Positions 1 through 8,886 of a stretch of 11,692 nt of DNA are shown piece after piece. Numbering within the stretch: the first letter of the stretch is position 1; the number at the start of each line of letters is the position of its first letter. The notes below the pieces were generated by a model. That model was not told where the DNA came from. It ran no database searches and saw nothing but the letters and a program-made list of their open reading frames with translations. This DNA comes from Paraspadella gotoi. Its lineage: Eukaryota > Animalia > Chaetognatha. The stretch lies in assembly GCA_051294375.1 (NCBI GenBank), contig JBJCIZ010001153.1:1-11692 (forward strand). The letters are read 5' to 3'. The position numbers were made by a program, and so were the translations under genes.

Positions 1-935
1 GTCCTAGAAAGAAAGCAAAAAGCAAACCAGCAGGTCTATTTGTCGGCACAGTCAACTTATGGGAGATCTTTTGCCAAGCCTCTCTGATGAGGGTTACACC
101 CTTTCAATGACCTTCTCAGGAATCTATGGAGGGTCCAACTCTTGAAAGTCACCATTGATTTCAGAATCTTTGCCATCCTTTTGAAGATCCCAATCAAATA
201 TTGCGTTAGCCTCATGTCTGCAAGCTTTAAGCTCCCTTCTTTCGCATAGCTCTTCCAGATTTATCTAGTGCTGAGTGCACTTTCTTGAGTATTCCCCAAT
301 GTTCTTTAATTTGCTCTGCAGCAAGCTCCAGAGCTCTGATCCACCATCAGAGTACGATCTTAAATTCCTGGATGGCCAGTTGCTGCACCTCTGGTCTTCA
401 CAATTCAAAAATATGTATCATGAGCTGCATACCAGAACATTCACAATGTAAAAACTCTCTCAGAAATGGCTCACATCCTGCTGATACCTGGCATGTTGTT
501 AGCCTGAGTAGGACGCTTCTTGTGGAGAAGCTGGCACACCAACCTATCAGCAAGCGTGTCTTGGTAGGTCATGAACTGTTGGGAACCGCAGGTTGAATGG
601 TCCACAGCACAGTGCCGCCCTTCACTGAAACCAAAGGAAAGGGATCAATAGGTTGTCTTTGGAGCCCAACACCCCACCAGAAGGATTCAATGAACTCATG
701 ACTGTTGGAGTGTTTCAGAATCATGTCCATTTCGTTTGTATCCATTCCGTCCAGAATAGGTTTGCCAGCGGACAGCATCCAGAATTCACTGAAGCAGAAG
801 GTCCACGGATGTTGCTGAATAGACCGGCATCCTCGCCTCTTGGTGGCACAGGACGAGTTCTGATGCATCTGCGAGCAGAAATCACAGTTTGAGGTTCCTG
901 CAAGGAGAGGAAATTTCATAACTTTTATCTGGTTT
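1..935 (-). pseudogene. L: Endogenous viral element: frameshifted N-terminal region of a Mononegavirales L protein (RdRp), Borna/Nyami-like; runs off the left edge of the window
   Basis: Manual minus-strand translation across frames gives four motifs in order: KPDKS-(fs)-MKFPLLAGT (935-893), QFMTYQDTLADRLVCQL (~578-528), AHDTYF*IVK (~425-396) and KILKSMVTFKSW-(fs)-PSID (~170-122). These match the order and character of bornavirus L motifs as I recall them: RTDQSLKNPLLGT, HFLAAADTAKSR, PHDDYFTIIK, VSSVQKSWYFPEI. The last corresponds to rhabdovirus FRHWGHP-x-ID. The segment is visibly CpG-poor compared with the rest of the window and has no introns. Confidence 0.72.
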
Positions 936-1708
936 CAAGCTCAATCAATTGAGCTTTCAGTTCAGCTATTTCTTTTCTTCGTTCTCCAATTCTGTGCGTC
1001 TATCTCAATAGTTCACCTCTTTTTTCTATTTCATGAGACCTCGTCATCTCGGCCCTTTGCCTAATTGCAGCCACTGTTCTTCCCTCATCATTTCTTAATT
1101 AACATATGCCAATTTCTATCAATCTGGCGTCTTTTTCAGCACGTATATGCTCTCTTCAGGAACGTCTGACCTGAACGCTCCGTCAACCATGTGACTCTCC
1201 AGAGCCAGACCGGGCTGATCACCATCCGTCTATTCAAGCTCTTCCTCATAGCAGCGGCACTTCAAACTCCTTAGTCAGGATTGGTAACCTTCACCTAGGC
1301 CTTACTGCATCAGGAGTCCAAGGTCAGAGAGAAAGATGAAAAACCATTCACAATCATACTTAGTGAATTCTCTCAATTTCTATTTCAAATAAGAACTTAT
1401 CTTTTAGAAGTTTTCACAGATCAGTCGTAATCTTCTGAGGATCGGGCACCCGACGATTCTCTGCATCATCCAGATCTTCAAAGTCGTGCGCGATTAAGTA
1501 TGTCGCCGGAGGGAAAGCTGCTGAGATAGCGGCGGCCTTTGCCGGTCGTCGCTTCTGATTTGCGGAATGTTTGTTTGCTTGGCGTCGAATCGTAGGCCGA
1601 GGGTCTTGGATGCCCTGGCATCAAGAAAAGCATCAAGTCGCACAATTTTTGAAGCGACGTTTTCGTTTTCAGTCTTTTCACTCGGCGAAGCGCGCGAGGA
1701 CGAATCAT
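925..1708 (-). pseudogene. Degraded ORF of unknown function immediately upstream of the L-like sequence, in the same orientation, with a coiled-coil-like C-terminus
   Basis: Protein-like pieces appear in shifting frames from an ATG at 1708: SSSRASPSEKTENENVASKIVRLDAFLDARASKTLGLRFDAK, AISAAFPPATYLIAHDFEDLDDAENRRVPDPQKITTDL, and RTVAAIRQRAEMTRSHEIEKRGELLR*THRIGERRKEIAELKAQLIELETR*. The final stop (927-925) overlaps the first L motif. There are multiple stops and frameshifts and no family is recognised. Confidence 0.35.
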
Positions 1709-1770
1709 TTTAACGGCGGAGTTCGTGTTTGATTCGCGCCGGTCTTTTTGTTTAATCATTTAAGCGCATA

Positions 1771-1869
1771 TTTCACTGGACATTACGCTTCGTTTTCACT
1801 GACAATGACGTTCGGTTTCATGGACAATGACCGCTTCGTTTATGGGACAATGACGTTCGTTTTCCACTG
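1771..1869. repeat. Tandem repeat, ~22-23 bp unit (TTTTCACTGGACAATGACGTTCG-like), about 4.5 degenerate copies
   Basis: Recurring ttcactggacattacgcttcg / ttcactgacaatgacgttcg / ttcatggacaatgaccgcttcg / tttatgggacaatgacgttcg / tttccactg. Confidence 0.85.
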
Positions 1870-2570
1870 TTTGAGTGCCCTGCTAATTTTAGACTTTTGA
1901 GACGACGACGAGATGCACGAGTTTTAAAAATGTTGTTGATATTATTAATTGGCGACGATTGTATAAAAACAGTTCAAGTTTAAAAACGTAAAACTTAAAA
2001 AACACCTTAAAAGCAACGTGAAACGTTCGTACGTCGCGGTTAACAGCAACTGCCTCTGACTTTCTTAAATTTCAACGTGTAAAATACCCAGATATTGCTT
2101 TCTTCTTCATATTAATCGTTTCGTCGTTCGTCGCACGTTCCGTCGCTAATCAAGGAACTGGGGACCGGATGTCGAAATCTCTGCACGTCGAACGTTGAGC
2201 CGTCCTGCCTACGACGCGCGTTTGCGCGCGAACCCATTATTCAGTCTTTGCTAGGTCCTGGATTTTTGTTTGCGAATCTAAGCCATTTTTTTAATCACTG
2301 AAATGTAAATCTGTGAATTAGTGACCGTCACAGTGATAGTGATTCAACCGAGTCAATTGTATTGAAGACTTGCATCATCTTCAAAATTATATCAAACTTA
2401 AAATTAAACTATATAAATTTCAATAACTTAATAATCGTGAAATCATTATCTTGAATAAAAATATATATGCTGTGCTTCGCGAATTTTTCTTTATTCTTCT
2501 TTTTTCTCGCCAGGGATACAATCCTGGCAAGCAGAGTTTCTCAATTACAAGTAAACAGGTTATTTCGATC

Positions 2571-2624
2571 GAGAGAGAGGAGAGAGAGAGAGAGAGACGA
2601 GAGGAGAGGAGAGAGAGAGAGAAG
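2571..2624. repeat. (GA)n microsatellite, imperfect
   Basis: Direct reading of the sequence. Confidence 0.9.
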
Positions 2625-3318
2625 AAAAAGTCCAACAAAGCGTAAAAGATTTTTGTCAAATTCAGATAAATCAACGACTGAACGACAAGGTTGGCTGAGG
2701 CACTTCAGTTTATTTTGCATTTGTCGAGTTTAAAAGATAGCGATGACGAAACACAATAAATTAACCGAGTGAAAAAATACACAATGAAAAATGAAATTAC
2801 ATTAAAGAAAAAAGATTAAATAGACAAAGTTCAACGTGTCAAAAAAAAAACTTATCAAAAAATGCGTCCCGAAGTGGTATCCACGCCTGGTGGCGTTATT
2901 TTGCGCATCGTCGGTGGAGTAGCTAGTCTTCTTTTTCGATGGGATCGACGTTACGGTGACGTCATCTGGCGTCAAATGTCGCGACGGAAGAAAATGCAAA
3001 AACAAAAAGTAAAGAAGTACACGATTAGTTTTTTTTTTTTTGTGATGTTCTCTATTTTTCCATCGAAACTTATTTGTATGACTACTTAGTTATTACTGAC
3101 CTGTTGCGGAAAACTGTTCAAAAGAGTGACGCGTCGTTGTAAACAAACCAAACGCAGGATTTAAAGTTCCAGAAGCAAGAGAAAAATCTCACAGATCCTC
3201 TCTGGGTTTCACCAAAGAGGGGGCTAACCACATCGTCCCGAGCCTACCTCACTTTCCTCCACTTTAATCCACGAGGATTCACTCACCCTTTACTTACTAC
3301 CGCCTCCACTCACTCCAG

Positions 3319-3573
3319 CTATTGGTCCTATTACTGCTACTTGGACGACGGACGCTGGGATCTTTGCTGCAACGACGCAAATGGCTGCGCCCTCTCCTGT
3401 CCCAGACGTGCGCGCCGTCGTTTAACAGCAGCAGCGAGAGACTTTCTGCAGCACCAGTCCCATAAGACCGTCGACGAGAAGATCAGGGCCGCTGCCCGCA
3501 CGAAGGCGGAGAATCTCCCATGGCCGGGCTGTCTTGCGACGTTGGAGAATTTTTGTGGATATTATGGGCGCAA
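3319..3573 (+). CDS. Internal exon A of a cysteine/tryptophan-rich repeat protein (kringle-like W-C...W-D-x-C-C modules)
   Basis: Acceptor actcactccag| at 3318 and donor aa|GTGAGT at 3574. The frame is open: YWSYYCYLDDGRWDLCCNDANGCALSC...WPGCLATLENFCGYYGR(K). The phase 2 end joins in frame to the next exon. Confidence 0.8.
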
Positions 3574-3672
3574 GTGAGTTTGGAGGAGTGGTGGGTAAGT
3601 AATGGTAAGTTAATCATTAGAAGAAAGAGAAAAGTCATATGGGCTTCGAAGTGAAATTAAGTGTTGAGGTGT

Positions 3673-3866
3673 CGGGTACGAGAAATCTTTGTCGATGTTC
3701 AGTGGTGAGAGATCTTTGTGGATGTGGTCAGTGGGTTAAGAGAAAATCTTTGTCAATGTCGGTCAGTGGGTAAGAGAAATCTTTTGTCGATGTGGTCAGT
3801 TGGTAAGAGAAATCTTTTGTCAAATGTGGTCAGTGGGTAAGAGAAATCTTTATCAATGTGGCCAGT
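3673..3866. repeat. Intronic minisatellite, ~32 bp unit (GAGAAATCTTTGTCGATGTGGTCAGTGGGTAA), about 6 copies
   Basis: Head-to-tail degenerate copies with no unique spacers, inside intron 3574-4113. Confidence 0.9.
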
Positions 3867-4113
3867 TTATCCTCGCAACAAAATTTACCTCAAACGAAGA
3901 AAGGAAAGAGTTTTCCGATCGAGAATCTGAGTCTGGCTGGAAACGTTAAATGAAAAAGGGCAAAAATGACCTGTTGCATAGTGAATCGGTTACACGGTTT
4001 ATAATCAGATTAGAAACTTTAGTTTACATCATGTAACATTGTGAATCGAATTGTAAAAGTGATTGTGACTCAAATAATGTCTCGAACTTTCTTCTTCACA
4101 AATTCCTTCTCAG

Positions 4114-4235
4114 ATACCAATGGTGCTGGACTAACAAAGGCGAAGCACAGTGGGACTACTGTTGCTTCCCTGGATCTCCTTGCAAGGAAACCGTGATCGA
4201 AAATCACGTCTTGTTCGCTTGCAAATCTTGTCACG
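4114..4235 (+). CDS. Internal exon B of the Cys/Trp-rich repeat protein
   Basis: Acceptor aattccttctcag| at 4113 and donor g|GTGAGA at 4236. It encodes (K)YQWCWTNKGEAQWDYCCFPGSPCKETVIENHVLFACKSCH. Phase 2 start and phase 1 end are compatible with both neighbouring exons. It is absent from the ORF track. Confidence 0.85.
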
Positions 4236-4306
4236 GTGAGATTTATATAACAAATCTTATAATCAGCAAATCTTCCCGGTTATAAATCTTCCGTCTTCAC
4301 CTCCAG

Positions 4307-4556
4307 TGGTCAGTCACCACTGCCACGACGTGGTCCACCCTTGCCAACCACGTCCCGTCCACCGCAGCATCCATAACTACGCCTGCGTCCGCCCCTGCAG
4401 CCAGGGCGACCGCAGTAGCGCGAGAGGCTCGTGGACATCGGAGAGTTACGGTTGGTGCTACGTGAAGAAGGACGAGTCCGCCTGGGATTGGTGCTGCGCC
4501 CTTGGGGAGACTTGCGGCAGGGTGCGGCATAATGATGCGAGTGTCAACAGCACGCG
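4307..4556 (+). CDS. Exon C of the Cys/Trp-rich repeat protein
   Basis: Acceptor tcttcacctccag| at 4306 follows a 71-nt intron. It encodes (V)VSHHCHDVVHPCQP...YACVRPCSQ...ESYGWCYVKKDESAWDWCCALGETCGRVRHNDASVNST(R). The donor cg|GTAAGT lies at 4557. Without splicing the frame stops at TAA 4558-4560. Confidence 0.82.
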
Positions 4557-4911
4557 GTAAGTAAGAGAGCAATTGTTTCTTTTTAATTTTATTTTGGGGA
4601 AAAAAAGTAAGATATTCTTTAAGATAATAATAATAATCTTATTTACATTTTGCCGTCGAATGAATATTTTTCTGTTTTAAACGTCAACTTGATACGAAAA
4701 TTTCCGCTTTGATTGGAATTTTTGTAGTTATATTCTAGTAAAATAGCTAATTGGTTAAAATAAGATGTTCACTGAATAATTACTGGTTAATAATATAATA
4801 TTTATAGCGACGAGGGGAAGAGAATAAAAGAATAAAAGAATAAGTAATATAAAATATATTTTTACATCTACCTCAAAATTTCAACTTTTTCTTTATGTAT
4901 GGCATTTTCAG

Positions 4912-4942
4912 TCCAATGTCATTTTGGATCCTCTACGTTTAG
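4912..4942 (+). CDS. Possible short terminal exon of the Cys/Trp-rich protein
   Basis: Acceptor cattttcag| at 4911. A phase-2 join gives (R)PMSFWILYV* followed by UTR-like sequence. Support is only the splice-site match and phase. Confidence 0.25.
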
Positions 4943-5331
4943 ATTATACCGTACACAACAACGCGTAGCAAAAACTATCATCTAATCAATATCGCTCACA
5001 TCAAATGCATCATCATCATCATCCGATCATAAAAACAAGGAACGCCAATTTGCTCTCTTTGAGAAGAAACAACCTCAACCTCCTCGCTATACGGAACTGC
5101 CACAAAAACTCCCACCGCCCGGCCGACGACAACCAACGCACGACGACCAAATAATCCACCCGTCTCCGCTCAGAGTCGAGAGTTTTAACCGAATTTCATC
5201 TCAAATCGAATCCGAGCAGATAGAGCAAACGAGACGAGAAGAAAGAATCCTCCTGCACGAAAGAAGAGGATAAAAGTTGAGGCGAACAACACAGCAAACT
5301 CGCACACCTCAACCATCATCCTCACATCATA

Positions 5332-5700
5332 TCGTCGTCGTCGTACATCGTCGTCGCTCCTCCATCTTCCGCCCCCCTCTTCTCACTTCGCCCGACGAGC
5401 ACACATCCCAGCTCGTCGCCTTCATGTCACTCACCGTCGCTCCGAAATTTTTTTTCACGCGAATCGATCAACTCAACTAAATTAATCTCAAGCCGAAACT
5501 GCACGCTCCTTGTCTTTTGACAATAACAATAACAAACTAACCGCCCTTGTCCAACGGCTCGACATCGTCATCAGACCTACAACCAATCAACGACAATCAT
5601 GTCTCCGCTCCGCGCCCTCTCCGTCGTTGAGGTCGCATCGTCGTCGTCGTTCCCTCGTCGTTTCACACAGGTACCGACGTCGCGTCCTCGTCGTCGTCGT
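5332..5700. repeat. Low-complexity region with (TCG)n runs at ~5332-5356 and ~5622-5700
   Basis: Direct reading: tcgtcgtcgtcg runs. Confidence 0.65.
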
Positions 5701-6401
5701 TGCCAAGAGCGCGTCCTTTTAGCCTCAAACACGTCGAGAATCCAAAGTTTAATCTTTGGAAATGACAAACAACTTGAAGTGGCATACGATTTCGTCAACA
5801 CTCCACCCCTACGCGAGTCAACGTTCTCGACCACCCGGGTTCTTCCGAAAGAGGGGTAGTTCGTCGTCGTCGGGTAGGGAACCGGAGTCATACAACCAAT
5901 ATGTTATAGTTTAAGCTTTGCTTTGAGAAAGGGAATAAAACATAAAAAGTGCATTGTAAATCGCCGCTCACCCTAAAGCACATTACGATTAACGCTCTAA
6001 CGCATAAATCCTGCCTCTCTCAGACTGCTATTCTTCCTGGTAAGCCTTAGACTCTCACTACACACCACCATAATCTCGCGCCTGTTCAATGTTTGCTTAA
6101 ATTCTTGCTGAAAAGTTACAACTGCCACCAATCAAACAACTCAACAGTTACCAAAAAAGCTTCACAAAAGCGGCAACGCTTCCTTGAAATTCATTCTCTG
6201 CTCTCCGGAACTCAAAACCCACTCAAAAAACCTCTTTTCGTTTCGCCTCAGTGACAAGCATATCGCGTAACAACGACGAAAGTTTCTATGCGCGAAGCAC
6301 TTTCAAGTTTACGACTTCAACTTGCGCAACTCGCCCTCGTTTCTGCGCCTGTCCTCGAATCCCTCACGGTTCCTAATCTTAAGACTCAGAAATCAGCATT
6401 T

Positions 6402-6627
6402 GAGAGAGAGACGAGAGAGAGACGGAGAGAGACGCGAGAGAGCACGCCGAGGAGACCGAGAGAGAAGAGACGCAAGAGCACCGAGAAGACCGCACCCAGC
6501 GAACGAAAGACTACTTAAGCCCGGCCATAACCGGCTGCTCTCTCTTTATAGGAGTCGCTCCCCCCGTATCCAGCGACCTAAACCCATTCCAGTTTTTCTT
6601 CTCAGAACCCTTTTTTTAACAGAAGAA

Positions 6628-6665
<38 letters not shown>

Positions 6666-6716
6666 GCCAGAAGAGAGAGAAGAGTAGAGAGGAGAGAGAG
6701 AGAGAGAGAGAGAGAG
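6402..6716. repeat. Two imperfect (GA)n tracts, ~6402-6479 and ~6621-6716
   Basis: Direct reading. These tracts explain the R/E-rich ORFs 6288..6518 and 6322..6687. Confidence 0.85.
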
Positions 6717-7356
6717 CTGTTTTACGAATTGAATGATTAAGCTAACCCCAACAGAAAACTTTATATTCCTAAACCAACAACTTTGAAACAGCGAGTTTTA
6801 CCTTATTTCATTTTAGTACTTTATTTCCGTGCTCCTATTTTTTCTTCTGACTTCAATGCATATTTAAATTTCTTCTCATACAACACAAGTCTTTTCTGTA
6901 GCTGTCCTATCCTTTCTTGAGTTCGTTCCAACCTCAGCCAGTGCCACAATATTCCTCGGTATTGCCAACAATGTCTCCCACACAATAGTCTGAACCAACA
7001 ATGTGGCACCAAAATACTCTCTTCGCTTCGACTGTATTGCAAATTAATTCTGCCTTTTTGTGCCCAACCGTCTTTCCATATTCGTTCGAGCCGCCCTGTT
7101 GTCCAGCCGTTTTTTGTCCGCACTGCTTTTCTCTGACTTACCTAGCGCATCTACACGGAGGTAGAACAAGAAGCGGGGACAAAATCTCGGCGCAGAATTT
7201 GATTAAACGGTTGGATAATTTTTCGCCAAACAGAGTTCGCCTCAACATAGGAAGCTGGATAGTGTATACACATCGTAAGATATCTTAACAATTAATCAGA
7301 CAAAGCGCCTATACACAACTGGACTTATTGCAGTATCTGCTGTATCCGCTCCCCAG

Positions 7357-7516
7357 CCTTAATTAAGCTTGGAACGCGAACAGCGACGCGAAGTCGTAAG
7401 ATCCCATCGAGGTCCTGACCGCCATTGAATCACGCATGAACCATCAATGTTCCCGTGACCAACCAACTGCTGGACAGCCTGACCATTTCTCCAACTCGAT
7501 TTAACGTTTCTAACTG
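7357..7516 (+). pseudogene. MFS (spinster-like) transporter, putative exon covering TM1 and the following loop; frameshifted
   Basis: Joining frames gives IEVLTAI-SRM-TINVPVTNQLLDSLTISPTRFNV-LT(G). This resembles the MFS pattern VLNYxDRxxIxxxxxxIxxDLxLSDTQFGLLTG. A candidate acceptor ccccag ends at 7356. No clean donor is present. Confidence 0.4.
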
Positions 7517-7718
7517 AAGTCGGTCAAGTAGAAACCATTAAAGATGGCGATTTCCGAGTGAAAAAATTAGTAAAGCGACCATTTTCGTAAGTCTCAAGTT
7601 GTCCAAGCTTGTTCTAACCTATTATGTTGTTTGCATCTTCAAAACTCTTAAGACTAATGTTTTACAAAAATGTCCCCTATTCTGTGTCCCTTGCCTCTCG
7701 TCTGCTACTCCGATCACG

Positions 7719-7777
7719 TCTCCTCTCTCCTCTCTCTCTCTCTCTCGTCTCTCTCTCTCTCTCTCTCTCTCCTCTCC
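7719..7777. repeat. (TC)n microsatellite, imperfect
   Basis: Direct reading. Confidence 0.9.
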
Positions 7778-8060
7778 ATCTCACTTTCTCCTTCGTGTGA
7801 AGTGCTCCTCTCGTTTTTTTTCGACTCATAATCTGCAATCCAAACCCAAGATTATGGTGGATTAAGGGTGACAGAGGGATGGGACAGACGAAACTGCCAT
7901 GTGGGTAGAGTGATTCTGGTGCAGGAGTAAAAGTGAACAAAGAAAAACGCTCTTAACACTTTTAAATGGGGACATTTAAAACGTGATCAATATTTAAAAT
8001 TTCTACAGTCGCTTCGCGAGAATCATAAATTTCACCTCGAAGGAAATGTTTTATTTGCAG

Positions 8061-8140
8061 GCTCAATTTATTTATCTCTGGAATACATCTACTTATTGCT
8101 CCCGCGGCTGCACTAGTGGAAAAATGATATAACCTATTGC
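8061..8140 (+). pseudogene. MFS transporter, putative exon covering TM2 and a motif A-like loop; frameshifted
   Basis: Acceptor ttttatttgcag| at 8060, phase 1. Joining frames gives (G)SIYLSLEYIYLLLP-AAALVEK-YNL, compared with the MFS pattern GxxFxxxYxxxxIPxGxLADKYNR. Confidence 0.45.
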
Positions 8141-8153
8141 AAAGAGACATTGC

Positions 8154-8340
8154 AGAGAGAGAGAGCAGGACGCAGAGAGAGACGAGAGAGAGAGAGAGAG
8201 AGCCAGACCGAACGCAAGCAGACGAGCAGAGAGAGATGTCTGAGAGAGAAAGAGGAGAGAGAAGGAGAAAAAGAGAGAAGAGAGAGAGAGAGAGAGGAGA
8301 AGAGAGAGGAGAGAGAAGAGACAGCAGAGAGAGAAGAGAG
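8154..8340. repeat. Long imperfect (GA)n tract
   Basis: Direct reading. It accounts for ORFs 8134..8451, 8137..8382 and 8150..8401. Confidence 0.9.
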
Positions 8341-8558
8341 CGCCTTTGCCCCCCTCGGCGTCATATATCCCGCATATATTAGTCGGAATCCGCGTCGATG
8401 ATCAAATCGCATCGTCACTGAATGAGACGGCGAAAGTTTGAACGAATTCACTTATCGTCGACGTGACGCGGTTTCTTCACACCGCAAATTTAACCCATTC
8501 ATAATCCCTCATCTACCGAGAGCCGACAGCAAATGCCCATCTTAACTGCTACCCGCAG

Positions 8559-8687
8559 GCGAGGCCGTAGAATGCCATCTCTACATCCATAATCCATCAT
8601 TCTACTACCCATGGCGGTGTGGGTGCGATGCGGTGCCAGAGAGTGCCGAGGTTCAGCCCGCCAATACGTAATCATCGAGAAGCAGAG
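8559..8687 (+). pseudogene. MFS transporter, putative exon covering TM4 and the following loop; frameshifted
   Basis: Acceptor cttaactgctacccgcag| at 8558, phase 1. Joining frames gives (G)EAV-NAISTSII-SFYYPWR, compared with spinster-like GEAxxxxxxxSIIADYFP. A candidate donor gtaatc lies near 8688. Confidence 0.45.
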
Positions 8688-8886
8688 CGTAATCCCATCT
8701 CAACCCAGTCTCTAATCCCATCTCACTCACCACCGCAAAATCACATCTCTACACTCAGGAATAATGTCCATCTCCATCTCATACCCCCATCCCCGCCCCA
8801 CAACCACCAGGTAGACCGTTGTCAGAAAAAAGGAAAAAAATTAAGAATTTCTCGATGTTTTTTTCGGTATGATTTGTGCTACGCAG

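Noticed and set aside
285-892. + strand ORFs 285..596 and 653..892
   Set aside because: They are antisense shadows of the L-like sequence, with non-ATG starts and no recognisable motifs.
569-919. Orthomyxovirus PB2 resemblance of the 116-aa ORF (KFPLLAGTS, MDMILK)
   Set aside because: The similarity is short and unsupported downstream, whereas four ordered motifs fit a Mononegavirales L.
2420-2733. R/E-rich and S/L-rich ORFs here and over the other GA tracts
   Set aside because: They are translations of (GA)n microsatellites.
3673-3866. CRISPR-like array (~32 bp repeats)
   Set aside because: The units are contiguous with no unique spacers, lie inside a spliceosomal intron, and no cas genes are present.
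4297-4572. Minus-strand 91-aa ORF
   Set aside because: It is the antisense of exon C, which has splice sites and the repeated module.
8089-8120. Helitron-terminus-like sequence (cccgcggctgcactagt)
   Set aside because: There is no proper hairpin, and the stretch lies inside the putative MFS TM2 exon.
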